Shown here: positions 51,497 to 61,707 of the stretch, in pieces
Position numbering within the stretch: the first letter of the stretch is position 1
Layout of the letters: the number at the start of each line of letters is the position of its first letter
DNA from: Bacteroidaceae bacterium
GTDB lineage: Bacteria > Bacteroidota > Bacteroidia > Bacteroidales > Muribaculaceae
Direction of reading: 5' to 3'
NCBI GenBank assembly: GCA_021768245.1
Contig: JAETNO010000018.1
Coordinates: 3,416 to 67,415 of the forward strand
DNA length: 64,000 nt
The notes under the pieces: model-generated
Told to the model about the DNA's origin: nothing
The model's database searches: none
The model's input: only the letters and a program-made list of their open reading frames with translations
Translations under genes and position numbers: made by a program

Positions 51497-52402
51497 ATGG
51501 CAACAACGATAACGCTTCCGGCCCCGTACAGTTCGGTCAAAGAATCTGTCATCTTTGAAATTGACCGAGATATTGACGCTGTGGCCGAAGTGATGATAAA
51601 CGGGTATTTGAAGCAACTGCCGAAAAACGCCTATAAAGTGAATGTGGCGCAGTATTTTCGGGATGACTTTACGATTGCGCCGCTTGATGCTGAGTCCGAA
51701 CCTACATTACAGGTGTGGGACGGAGTTGACCTCGGCCGGGTCGTCAATGCTTCGATCATGGTAGACAGCATCCCTTCCGAAGAGGTGCCGCTGCTTTGTG
51801 CGGATAAACAACCGACACCAAACCGTTTTATGAGTGATCTGCGGCGGCGTAATGCCATGCTGGGGCAAATCGACGAACTTCCAATATATACGACGACTCC
51901 CGCTGTTGTGGTGTACGGCTCGGTTCAGGTTTCCGTACCAGCCGGTATATCCTGCGTCGGCTTTCGTATTCCGACCGATGCGCCGCCCCGGTTTGCGGTA
52001 GATATGCGGAGTCCCGACGGAGAGGCGCAGGATCGTATTGAATATGAGATTGAGGAGAACGACGGAGTGCGCCTCGCGTGGATCAATGCCTACGGCCAGA
52101 TCGACTATTGGAACTTCGCAGTTCGCCGCAAATCATCAACCAAGATAACAAAGGAGAAGATATACACAGAAGCCGGGTATACTGCAACATCTATACAGGC
52201 AGACACTACCAAGTCGGTAACAAGCTGTCCCCTGCCCGAAACTCAGGCGAATGTGCTGAGCCAGATATTTGTGTCCGAAAGTGTGTGGTGCATCGTCGGG
52301 GATGAGGTGTGTCCGATCGACATCACGACAGAGAGTATTACGACCTACGATGTGGAGAAATTAAGCTCCGTGCAGATTGAATACAGAAATAAAATCCGGT
52401 AG
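51497..52402 (+). CDS. Putative distal tail protein
   Basis: LAWINAYGQIDYWNF motif; precedes large tail protein. Confidence 0.5.
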   Translation: MATTITLPAPYSSVKESVIFEIDRDIDAVAEVMINGYLKQLPKNAYKVNVAQYFRDDFTIAPLDAESEPTLQVWDGVDLGRVVNASIMVDSIPSEEVPLLCADKQPTPNRFMSDLRRRNAMLGQIDELPIYTTTPAVVVYGSVQVSVPAGISCVGFRIPTDAPPRFAVDMRSPDGEAQDRIEYEIEENDGVRLAWINAYGQIDYWNFAVRRKSSTKITKEKIYTEAGYTATSIQADTTKSVTSCPLPETQANVLSQIFVSESVWCIVGDEVCPIDITTESITTYDVEKLSSVQIEYRNKIR

Positions 52403-52404
52403 CT

Positions 52405-54921
52405 ATGGTCGTGGAGTTGAAAATAGACGGCCATAAAGTCGATATGAATCAGAAAGGCAATATCGCCGCGACACATAGCATTGCCGACATTGAGGAGCCT
52501 GACAGCACAGCCGCCGGATATACCAAGTCGGTCGAGGTGCCGCTGATAAGTAATATGCGGGTTTTCCGATTTATCAATGAGCTGTATAGTAAAGAGCAGT
52601 TCAACAACGAACTGCATAAGGCGGAGTATATCGTAGATGGAAATACCGTCATGTCGGGTATTGCTCAGATCGATAAGATCACGTACAAATTCGGTTCTGG
52701 GCACAAACTCGTCGGCGGCAGTTTTCATGTGTCAGTCATCGGCGCAGCTTTCGACTGGATTACGAATGCCAAGAAGCAAATCAATGAGCTTGAAAGTGCG
52801 GAAACTGTCGTATACAACATGGGGGAAGTATACAAAAATTCCATCCGAGAAGATGAATCGCTGATCAAGTTTTTTCCGGTAGACCGCGGGGCATTTTGGG
52901 AAGAAAATTATAACGGGGATTTGATTCCGCGAAAAAAGTTGGATATCCGGGATTATCACCCTTTTTTCAACGTGTGGAAAACAATGTGCCTGATCCTTTC
53001 CGGGTACACGATAAAGAGTTCCATGGAGGACTTTTTCAAAAAGTTATACTGTTCGGGCTACATGCCGGTGAACGAAGACTTATCGTACATCAAAGAGGAT
53101 AACGACTTCTATATCGGCACCTCGGCGACGGAAGATGAACCTAAGTTGCTGGGTATGATCAGCCCGAAGAAACCGACTATCAGCGCCAATATATATGACC
53201 TTTGGGATTCGGATGAATACCATAACGATAAAGGGGTTATCAGCTCGCCTCCGATATCTTCGACGCCACATTTCAATCCGACGGAAACGGTAACAGTAAG
53301 GATGCAGACCAACCTACACTATAAATCGCAAATTGTGAACGGATCCACGGGCTACTGGAACGACATCATGAAGGAATACGGCGAATGTCTATATGTCGAT
53401 GAATTCCGATTGTATGTGAACGCGCAGTATGAACGCATAATATTGACATTGGATAAATGTGTCGAAGCTAAAGACCGACAAGGGGATATAAAAAACATCT
53501 TTATCCCGTGCGATCCGAATGAGGCTAAGACCTACGTGGTCTATTTGGAGTTTGCTTCGTGGCAGATTTCCGGGCGAATTATCTTTCAATGCAAGGGTGC
53601 TTACACCGACCTCGGACAACATAAGGCTGGTGGTCGGGGCAACTGGTATGTTATCACGGTTCCGCAAGGGCGAGAAGGACAACTCGGCTTTTTCCAAGGG
53701 ATAAGCATGCACGACGGCGTGGGCGTTATCGAATTTTATTATTTCGAGATATATGACGAACAAGTGACTTTTAACCTTGATAATATTACGAAAAACGCAT
53801 ATACTCTGACTAAAGGTTTGTCTTATCCTCTTTGGGGGCAATTTGCCTGCTCTCGGGAATATGGTTTGACTCCTGACAAAATCGACGGAGTGCAACTTTG
53901 GCTATGTGAAAACAATAGTATAAAGCCCGATTTTGCCAATATCATTGGACAGAACGATAAGGTGGGAATTTCGACAATCGGTGGCACCGGGTCGCAACTT
54001 GATTTTCTTGCTTCTCTTCGTCAGTTGTTTAACTTGATGTATTATACAAACCCATTATCGAAAGAAATCTTTGTCGAACCCCGCACAAAGTTTTACAACT
54101 TGGATCGTGCAGAGATTGTAGATTGGCGGGAGAAGATCGACTATGCCAAAGAGATCGTAATAGAGGAATTGGGGGCTGATATCGGAAAGTCTATTAAACT
54201 GGCCTATGCTGAGGGTAACGAAGTAATACAATATTACAACTGGAAAACCGGGGCGGAATTTGGGGCATATAGTCAAAAGTTGCTCAACAAAACTTCGGAC
54301 GACACAAAAGAAATCGTCAACGATACATTTTCTCCATTTTTGTTACATGTGGTCGATTCGGTAGGTATGACGATACTTCAAGAAGAACGGGAGAGCGAAC
54401 AGAAGCAGATCGATGATATCGAGTTAGAGGTTACCCCGGTGATCGGCTGCTTTGGGGGTTTAGCTGATCGTACTGGAGGGGAAGATGTCGCGTCATATCC
54501 AAAATACCCGCAGTTGGTTTTCCAAGATATCGGGAAAGGTATTAACCTCGGTTTCGATGACATGACCGGGGATGTTCTTGTGCCCGGTTCCCGGCAATAT
54601 TATGAAGATAATATTTCGGCGTATAACCATGGCCGGCGCATAACCATGTATTTGGAACTGACACCTCGTGATATTGAGGCAATTCAATTTCCTAACAGCC
54701 AAATGCAGGATTTCCGTGCGGTGTACCTTTTGAACTTCGACGGAGAAGACGTACCGTGTTTATTGGAGCAAATCGCCGACTATAATCCAGCAACCGGGGC
54801 ATCGACCAAGTGTGTGTTTATTTCCGATCCGCATATCAAACTGACGGGCGACGATCTCACCGTCATTACTTATGATGATGTGGCGATCGGCAGAAATAAT
54901 ACGCTGACCGGATATAGGTAG
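52405..54921 (+). CDS. Large tail-tip/hub protein
   Basis: ELKIDGHKVD N-terminus, YTKSVEVP, VDWREKID. Confidence 0.6.
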   Translation: MVVELKIDGHKVDMNQKGNIAATHSIADIEEPDSTAAGYTKSVEVPLISNMRVFRFINELYSKEQFNNELHKAEYIVDGNTVMSGIAQIDKITYKFGSGHKLVGGSFHVSVIGAAFDWITNAKKQINELESAETVVYNMGEVYKNSIREDESLIKFFPVDRGAFWEENYNGDLIPRKKLDIRDYHPFFNVWKTMCLILSGYTIKSSMEDFFKKLYCSGYMPVNEDLSYIKEDNDFYIGTSATEDEPKLLGMISPKKPTISANIYDLWDSDEYHNDKGVISSPPISSTPHFNPTETVTVRMQTNLHYKSQIVNGSTGYWNDIMKEYGECLYVDEFRLYVNAQYERIILTLDKCVEAKDRQGDIKNIFIPCDPNEAKTYVVYLEFASWQISGRIIFQCKGAYTDLGQHKAGGRGNWYVITVPQGREGQLGFFQGISMHDGVGVIEFYYFEIYDEQVTFNLDNITKNAYTLTKGLSYPLWGQFACSREYGLTPDKIDGVQLWLCENNSIKPDFANIIGQNDKVGISTIGGTGSQLDFLASLRQLFNLMYYTNPLSKEIFVEPRTKFYNLDRAEIVDWREKIDYAKEIVIEELGADIGKSIKLAYAEGNEVIQYYNWKTGAEFGAYSQKLLNKTSDDTKEIVNDTFSPFLLHVVDSVGMTILQEERESEQKQIDDIELEVTPVIGCFGGLADRTGGEDVASYPKYPQLVFQDIGKGINLGFDDMTGDVLVPGSRQYYEDNISAYNHGRRITMYLELTPRDIEAIQFPNSQMQDFRAVYLLNFDGEDVPCLLEQIADYNPATGASTKCVFISDPHIKLTGDDLTVITYDDVAIGRNNTLTGYR

Positions 54922-54929
54922 GAAATGGA

Positions 54930-55025
54930 TTAGATGAAAAAGACAATGATGATCAAAAGGGCAATCAGGCAGAAAACCACCGTTTTTCCGCTTGCCTTAA
55001 AGAATTCTTCGATCAAGTCAAACAT
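54930..55025 (-). CDS. 31-aa single-TM peptide MFDLIEEFFKASGKTVVFCLIALLIIIVFFI (not in ORF track)
   Basis: Fills the intergenic gap; own promoter TTTG (55065-55062)-N21-TATATTTG (55040-55033). Confidence 0.7.
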   Translation of the reverse strand: MFDLIEEFFKASGKTVVFCLIALLIIIVFFI

Positions 55026-55057
55026 AACAGCACAAATATAAATAAAATACTCAAGAT

Positions 55058-58000
55058 ATGGCAAATGTAGTAGAAAAAATCTTCAAGCTGATTCTGAATT
55101 TCGGGGATGGTGAGGAGAAAGTGCCAAAGATGAGCAAACTGCTCCAATCGTTACACGACAGGCTGAAAAATGTACTCAAAACGATTAACGATATCGGTAA
55201 GGCAGACGGGCTTCAGAAGGCCGCCGAAGTCCTCGGTGTGTATACCCTCACTGTTGAAAAAGCGGAGAAAGCCAAGAAAAAGCTGGTCGCAACCGATAAG
55301 GAGGAGAAAACGCAGACCGCCGAAGCTACAAAGTATATCGAAGATCTGAAAAACAAATACGGGAACCTGATCTTCACGAAACGGGAAATCACCACGCTCT
55401 CAAAAAACTATACAACCTTGATGCGGGCCGAGAAAGGCTCTGCCGAAGAGTTGCAGGCGAAGATCAATGTGCTGAATACCGTATGGAAGAAACTCGGAGC
55501 CACACAGCGCAATTCCACCATGGGGCGGCAGGTCACGGCCGAGTTGAAGTCGATGCGCGACGAAATGCGGAATCTCACGGTCGGCGCAGGTGACTTTTCC
55601 CGGAATATAGGCAATTACTTCTCTGGGATGTATAACACCGTCACCCGCAAGGTCGCGGGGATAACGGGTGTTGTCTTCACGCTCAAGCAAGTGCTTTGGA
55701 GTATATACGGCCCATTCCAAGACCTTGAATACCGTATGGCTATGGTCAAAGCGGTAGCGAGGGCCACGGATGAAGAATTTGTCATGCTCAAAGGAAATGC
55801 CCGTGAACTTGGCGCGTCTACTGAATACACGGCTACCGAGGTTGCCGGGTTGCAGTTGGCCTATGCGCGTATGGGTTTCGTCCCGGATCAGATACGGCAG
55901 ATTACCGGGGCGACGCTCGACCTTGCTACGGCCACGGGTGAGGATTTGGCACGTTCGGCAGACGTTGTGGGTGTAACCCTACGGGGATTCAATTTGCAGG
56001 CAGACCAAGCGCAGCGGGTCGTGGATGTTATGACCAAGTCGTTTAATGCCTCATCGTTGCAGTTAGGTTATTTCTACGATGCCATCAAGTATGTTGCACC
56101 GATCGCATCCGAGGCGAATGTGTCCCTTGAAGAAACAGCAGCGATGCTGGGGGTATTGGCTGACCGTGGTATTCGTGGTTCGCAGGCTGGTACAGCTTTG
56201 CGTCGAATTTTTACCGAAATTGCCAAGACGGGCGGAGATGTGTCCGAACGTCTTGCCCAGTTGAGTAAAAACGGGCTTACGCTGGGCGGCGCTATGGATG
56301 AAGTCGGACGCTATGCAATGACGGCTCTTACCGTGTTGGTTAATTCCAAAGACGGCGTAGATGGTCTGACTGAATCGCTGAATAACGCCGGAGGTGCCGC
56401 AAAGACTGCGGCCGATGGTATCCGCGATACGATGAAGATTGACGTAGAAGTTTTCCTCTCGGCCATTAAAGAAAAGCTGATCGCCATCGGTGAAGTATTG
56501 GCACCGCTTGGGCGTTCGGTTATTCAGGCCGGCACGTGGGCCGTAACGAATATTAAGAGCGTAACTATTGCTGTACTTACGCTTATCGGCGTTATTAAAC
56601 TGGCTTCGGCGGCAAGAGCGGTTTGGTTGCTTGTGACAAAGCAAATTACGATCTATGAAACGGCTTGGGGGCGTGCGTTGCGGGTGAATATGGCTACGCT
56701 GCAATCGGCTACCGCGGCAACAAAGTTACTTGCCGCTGCAAAGTTTTTGCTGGCCGGGCAGATCAAAGCTGCGTATGAAGCGTTAAAGATGTTCTGGACT
56801 ACCCTTATAGCGAATCCGTGGGGAGTGGTTGCGACTGCCATTACTGCGGTTATTGCGTACATGGTGGCGTTCCGTGATAAGACGGATGCGGCAACTCGCG
56901 CCCAGCGTAAATTCAACGATGAGAACGACCGTTTCAACAAAGCCCAAGATGAAAAGCGCCAGCGGATCGAGCAGCTTATCCGGACGATACAGGACGAAAC
57001 CGAAACACAGAACGCCAAAATCCGCGCTTATGAAGAATTGAAGCTCCTGTCTCCGGCTCTTACGGACAAATACACACAGGAGCAGTTAGCCACGTTGAAA
57101 CTGGCCGATTCCGCAAAACTCCTCAATGAGCAGCGCGATAAGGAGAATTACGACAACATGGTTGCCAATGTCGAGAAGTACACCGCATCGCTCAAAAAGC
57201 TACGCGAAGAGAACGGGCAACTGCTCGGAATGTCACCGGGCGGTGCCCCTATCTTCGTGGATAATTCCAAGGCGATTGAAGAACAGGAAATTGCACTGTC
57301 GAACTATAAAAAAGCACTAGGAGAGATCGAGGAAGCAAATAAGGTTGCCGAGGAAAATGCTAAACCGATCGAAGTGCGGATCAAAGCAGCCGAGAATATC
57401 GTTGAAGAAGCGGAAAAGGCGTTTAAGGAGGCAAAGACTGCATATAATCAGAAGCGGGACGAATGGATACGGGAACACGGGACTGAGGCTACCCTACCGT
57501 TCTCGTTCAAATTCGACATGCTTACGGCCCAAAAGGAGTTCGCCGATGCTCAAAAGAAAGTCGCAGACCTACAAAAGCAGCTGAAAACACCTTCTACCGG
57601 CGGCGGGAGCGAAAAGGAAAAGGGCGAATGGTCTTTGTCGAAAGATAGAGCATTCGCCCGTCAACTCCTCGACCTAAAAAAGAAATTGCATAGCGGGGAA
57701 ATAACATCCGAAGAGCAGTATCAGAAGCAGGTTTTACAGCTTGAAATCGACACCCTGACAAAACGCATCACGCTGAATAAGGACGAGGCCAAGACCATCA
57801 TAAAGCTCAAAAATGAACTTTGGGATAAGCAGAACCAGCAGAAGAAAATCGAGCAGAAAGAAAACGAGGCCTATACTGCCAATCGCCGGGCGCAGCAGGA
57901 AAAACAACTCAAGTACGAGAATGACCGCATCGATGCTGAGATCGCGGCCATGAAAGAGGGTGTCGAGAAGAAAATCCGGCTCAACGATCAGGCGGTCAAG

Positions 58001-59533
58001 AAAGCCGGGGAAGCTGCGGACAAAGAGTATCAGACGGAACTCGACAAACTCAACAAAGAGCAGAAAGCCTATGTCAAGGGGTCGAAAGAGTGGCAGGCCG
58101 TCGAGCAGGAGAAAACCCGCCTTACCGGACTGTTTGAGCAGAAAAAAGGCGATATCGCTACTGCGGGAACGAATGCCCGGACAAAGATTTTGCAGGATGC
58201 TACCGAGAAAGAGTTACTGGAGTGGGGCAAACTGCCTGATGCTGCTGCCGAAGCTGAGCATCAGATCACCGAGAATAAACGGCGCGAGGTTACTGAACGG
58301 CTGAAACTGGCCCAGTTGGAGACGGAAAAATCAATCGGGAAAGCCAATAATCAATATAGAGCAGACGAGAATTTAGCCGATGCAACCCTCGGAAAAAAAG
58401 GTCGTAAACGCAATGTGGCGCGCCTGCAAAATGAGGTGCAGCTTCACAATAATACGGCACAAGCATATCAGAAAGAACTAAACGAAATTCTGGCTGGGGG
58501 TGATGCCGCGATCGAGGAACACAAAGCTCGTTACAACGAGTTGATCCTGTTGATCGGGCAGGAACAGCAGGCGGTAATGAACCTTGGCAAAGGAAAAAAC
58601 GCCGACGGAACCCGCAAAAGTTTTTGGCAACAGCTTACCGAGTTATCGGATGAGGATTTAGCCCAGATCAAACAGCAGGCAATTGACCTTGCTACGCAGT
58701 TGAGCGATGCGATTTTCGATGCCAAACAACAGGCCTCACAACGGCAGTTGAACGCAGAAAAGAAAGCGATCGATGCACAGTATAAAACAGAGGCAAAATT
58801 ACTCGATTCGAAGCGGGATAAAGGGCTGATATCTGAGAAGAAGTATCAGCAGGAGCTTGAAAAGCTGGAAGCCAAGAAAGCCGAGAAAGAGGAAGCAGCA
58901 GAGCGTGCGGCCTTTGAGCGGGAAAAGAAGCTGAACACGAAGCAGGCCTTGATGAATACGGCACTTTCTGTCGCAAAGACCTTTGCGCAATGGGGTTGGC
59001 CTTTGGGTATTCCGTTTGCGGCGTTGGCTATTGCGCAAGGTATGACTCAAGTTGCGGCAATCCAATCACAGAAATATGCCCAAGGCGGCATGATTCCTCT
59101 CGGTGATGGCGTGGGTGTTGTAAAAGGCCGGAGCCATGCGCAGGGCGGCCATCAGATTTACCTCGACGGCCAGCCCATCGGCGAGGTCGAAGGTGATGAA
59201 CTTTTGGCAATCGTCAATAAGCACGACACCGCACGGATCGGGGCGCTCTCGGCCGCGAACAGCGTACACGGGCGGCGCTTCGCTCAAGGCGGCCTTATAT
59301 CCCCGACCGGATATATGACGAGCAGCGTTTCGAGTCCCGTGTCGTTTTATCAGACTTCGACACATCAGGACGAAACGGCGCAAGGGAATTTTTCTGAAAT
59401 GATGGCGCTGATCCGGGAGGACATCAAGGCCACAAATGACCGGATCGACCGACTGCGTGTGTACCTTGTAACGCAGGATGTTACCGACTCGCAAGATGAC
59501 TTAAAAAAAATAAAAGTTAAGCAGACATTCTAA
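55058..59533 (+). CDS. Tail tape measure protein (TP901-type core)
   Basis: ARELGASTEYTATEVA, GIRGSQAGTALR, long coiled coils, hydrophobic segments. Confidence 0.92.
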   Translation: MANVVEKIFKLILNFGDGEEKVPKMSKLLQSLHDRLKNVLKTINDIGKADGLQKAAEVLGVYTLTVEKAEKAKKKLVATDKEEKTQTAEATKYIEDLKNKYGNLIFTKREITTLSKNYTTLMRAEKGSAEELQAKINVLNTVWKKLGATQRNSTMGRQVTAELKSMRDEMRNLTVGAGDFSRNIGNYFSGMYNTVTRKVAGITGVVFTLKQVLWSIYGPFQDLEYRMAMVKAVARATDEEFVMLKGNARELGASTEYTATEVAGLQLAYARMGFVPDQIRQITGATLDLATATGEDLARSADVVGVTLRGFNLQADQAQRVVDVMTKSFNASSLQLGYFYDAIKYVAPIASEANVSLEETAAMLGVLADRGIRGSQAGTALRRIFTEIAKTGGDVSERLAQLSKNGLTLGGAMDEVGRYAMTALTVLVNSKDGVDGLTESLNNAGGAAKTAADGIRDTMKIDVEVFLSAIKEKLIAIGEVLAPLGRSVIQAGTWAVTNIKSVTIAVLTLIGVIKLASAARAVWLLVTKQITIYETAWGRALRVNMATLQSATAATKLLAAAKFLLAGQIKAAYEALKMFWTTLIANPWGVVATAITAVIAYMVAFRDKTDAATRAQRKFNDENDRFNKAQDEKRQRIEQLIRTIQDETETQNAKIRAYEELKLLSPALTDKYTQEQLATLKLADSAKLLNEQRDKENYDNMVANVEKYTASLKKLREENGQLLGMSPGGAPIFVDNSKAIEEQEIALSNYKKALGEIEEANKVAEENAKPIEVRIKAAENIVEEAEKAFKEAKTAYNQKRDEWIREHGTEATLPFSFKFDMLTAQKEFADAQKKVADLQKQLKTPSTGGGSEKEKGEWSLSKDRAFARQLLDLKKKLHSGEITSEEQYQKQVLQLEIDTLTKRITLNKDEAKTIIKLKNELWDKQNQQKKIEQKENEAYTANRRAQQEKQLKYENDRIDAEIAAMKEGVEKKIRLNDQAVKKAGEAADKEYQTELDKLNKEQKAYVKGSKEWQAVEQEKTRLTGLFEQKKGDIATAGTNARTKILQDATEKELLEWGKLPDAAAEAEHQITENKRREVTERLKLAQLETEKSIGKANNQYRADENLADATLGKKGRKRNVARLQNEVQLHNNTAQAYQKELNEILAGGDAAIEEHKARYNELILLIGQEQQAVMNLGKGKNADGTRKSFWQQLTELSDEDLAQIKQQAIDLATQLSDAIFDAKQQASQRQLNAEKKAIDAQYKTEAKLLDSKRDKGLISEKKYQQELEKLEAKKAEKEEAAERAAFEREKKLNTKQALMNTALSVAKTFAQWGWPLGIPFAALAIAQGMTQVAAIQSQKYAQGGMIPLGDGVGVVKGRSHAQGGHQIYLDGQPIGEVEGDELLAIVNKHDTARIGALSAANSVHGRRFAQGGLISPTGYMTSSVSSPVSFYQTSTHQDETAQGNFSEMMALIREDIKATNDRIDRLRVYLVTQDVTDSQDDLKKIKVKQTF

Positions 59534-59539
59534 ACAGGT

Positions 59540-59576
59540 GAAAAATGAGTGGGTAATTCTATTATACAGTGAAGTC
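59540..59576 (+). promoter_or_regulatory. Putative late-control motif, copy 2
   Basis: GAAAAA-N8-TAATTCTATTAT-N4-TGAAGTC upstream of the head operon. Confidence 0.65.
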
Positions 59577-59605
59577 GTAGTGTGACTCACTGGGTGTTTA
59601 TAGGG

Positions 59606-59638
59606 AGGTGGTTCGGCTTCGGTCGAGCCACCTTTTTT
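59606..59638 (+). terminator. Intrinsic terminator before the head protease gene
   Basis: AGGTGGTTCGGC-TTCG-GTCGAGCCACCT followed by a T run. Confidence 0.8.
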
Positions 59639-59655
59639 ATTGAAATTTCAAAAAT

Positions 59656-60651
59656 ATGAAGAATACGATAGAAATCATCAACCGCCGAAATTCGGTTGAA
59701 ATCAACATCGAGGGAACTATCGGTGTTCCGGAAGAATGGCAGTTCGACGATCCGGGCGACCGGGTTGCGACGTATGACAAATTCCGCAACGCTATCGACC
59801 TAATCCGTCAGATTGAGTCTCCGGAAGTGCTGATAAATATTCGCTCAACGGGTGGGGATGTTAACGACGCCCTACTGATTCTTGATGCGATTTCGGGTCT
59901 CAAAGCCAAGAAAACGACTCGGTGCTATGGCTATACCGCATCGGCCGCAACGCTCATCGCACAGGCCGCGTCGGAGGGTTGCCGCGAAATATCGGCCAAT
60001 GCCCTCTATCTGATCCATACCGCTATTTGCACCGCAGAGGGTAATGCCGAAGAACTTGAGGCAAGGACTGAACTCCTGCGTAAGACTGACGAGCGCATCG
60101 CCGCGGTCTATGCAGCCCGTTCGGGACGTCCAGCGGCTGAGTTTGAAACCCTGATGGCCGAGAACAATGGTAACGGGCGCTGGCTTTCGCCGAACGAGGC
60201 CATCGCGGCAGGTCTGGCCGACGTCGTATTCAACGTACCGGAAGTACTGAACTGTACCGTAGTGGACGATTATCCAATTCACAACTATATGGTAAAAATC
60301 AAAAACACAATGCATGGAATTCTCCGCCGTCTGGGATTGACGCCGGGAGAAGCGACGGAGGTGGAAATCTCCGAGGAACAGATTGCGACGCTCAACCACT
60401 CGCTGGAGCAGGGTGACGTCCGAGAACAGGAGTTGCAGGAGCAGCTTGCAACCGAACAGGCAGCCCACGAGCAGACCAGAACCGACTTGACATCGGTACA
60501 GAATCGGGTCACAGAACTCGAAGCCGAACTCAACAAGCGGAAAGCCGCGCCGACGGTTACCAAGGAGATCGAAGACCCCTCAATCACCGACGACGTAAAG
60601 CTGTCGGGCAACGCCAAAGCTTACGACGAAGACGTCAAGAAGCTCAAATAA
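59656..60651 (+). CDS. ClpP-like prohead protease with C-terminal scaffold coiled coil
   Basis: INIRSTGGDV, TASAAT, YLIH, WLSPNEAIAAGLAD. Confidence 0.85.
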   Translation: MKNTIEIINRRNSVEINIEGTIGVPEEWQFDDPGDRVATYDKFRNAIDLIRQIESPEVLINIRSTGGDVNDALLILDAISGLKAKKTTRCYGYTASAATLIAQAASEGCREISANALYLIHTAICTAEGNAEELEARTELLRKTDERIAAVYAARSGRPAAEFETLMAENNGNGRWLSPNEAIAAGLADVVFNVPEVLNCTVVDDYPIHNYMVKIKNTMHGILRRLGLTPGEATEVEISEEQIATLNHSLEQGDVREQELQEQLATEQAAHEQTRTDLTSVQNRVTELEAELNKRKAAPTVTKEIEDPSITDDVKLSGNAKAYDEDVKKLK

Positions 60652-60670
60652 TCATCTAAACGTTACGCAA

Positions 60671-61672
60671 ATGTCTAAAATTATTGAAAATCCCAAATCC
60701 TACACAGGCCGGGAGCTGGAAACGATCTTTTTCCGTCCGATGCTGTCCGGCCCCAGCGCCATCGACCTCGGTGTCCGAATCATGTACAACATGCCCGTAC
60801 CTACGATGCTGAACTTCTGGCATCGTGAGGGGGATGTGTTGCAGAAGTACGCCAAGGGCTGGAATGGTGGCGAATTGGCCAAGAGATTCCAAAAGGAAAT
60901 CCGGCTGTCGAAAGTCAAGGCCGAAATGGGCTATTCCGCCTCGGACTACTTCGGCATGATCTACGAACTGATCACCAACAGCGGAGCCGTAAACCTCGAC
61001 GATCTTTCTGGTACCGAGCTGGAACAGGCCGAAACAACGCTTTTCCGGCAGGCTATCGCCGAGAGCATCCGCGCCACTATGTGGCTGGGCGATACGGAGC
61101 GCGCAAGCGGCTCCTACACCTCGTTCAACGGCTTCCTCAAAGCCATCAAGGCCGACCTGCAGACCACGGCGAATACAGGCAAGAGTTTCATTCGCAACGT
61201 GAAGATTCCGGCCATGTCGGGAGCGGACGCCGCCATTTCGCTCTTTGAGCGTATGTGGAACGCCGCCGACGATCGTCTGACAGCCATGAAAGACGAGGGC
61301 AACCTCGTTATTCAGTGTACCTCCGATATCTATCTGAACTACGAGAAGAGTTTGGAGGATAAACCCCTCGAATCGGCATTTGCCGCGCTTCAGCAGGGAC
61401 GTAAGGGGCTGCATTGGCACGGCATTCCGATCGTCGATGTCAAAGTCGGTTCTTACCTCTCGTCGTTCGCGGATATGCCGCAGTCGTTCGCCATCCTCAC
61501 CGACAAACGTAACATGGCGCTGGCCGTCAACACGGCCGACTTCCCCGGCAACGAGGTACGCATGTGGTATAACCCCGACGAAATGGAGAACCGCCAGCGT
61601 GCAATCTTCATGGCCGGTGCGGACTACCTGCTTCCGGAACTGCTCACGGTAGCCGTCGAAGCAGACGTGTAA
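60671..61672 (+). CDS. Major capsid protein (probable)
   Basis: 333 aa directly after the protease; WLGD...FNGFLK pattern. Confidence 0.7.
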   Translation: MSKIIENPKSYTGRELETIFFRPMLSGPSAIDLGVRIMYNMPVPTMLNFWHREGDVLQKYAKGWNGGELAKRFQKEIRLSKVKAEMGYSASDYFGMIYELITNSGAVNLDDLSGTELEQAETTLFRQAIAESIRATMWLGDTERASGSYTSFNGFLKAIKADLQTTANTGKSFIRNVKIPAMSGADAAISLFERMWNAADDRLTAMKDEGNLVIQCTSDIYLNYEKSLEDKPLESAFAALQQGRKGLHWHGIPIVDVKVGSYLSSFADMPQSFAILTDKRNMALAVNTADFPGNEVRMWYNPDEMENRQRAIFMAGADYLLPELLTVAVEADV

Positions 61673-61707
61673 CGGAAACCAGAATCGAATATTAAACGCG
61701 AAAATCT

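Noticed and set aside
52405..59533. Diversity-generating retroelement or invertible tail-fibre cassette
   Set aside because: No reverse transcriptase, invertase or TR/VR pair seen; could lie beyond the window
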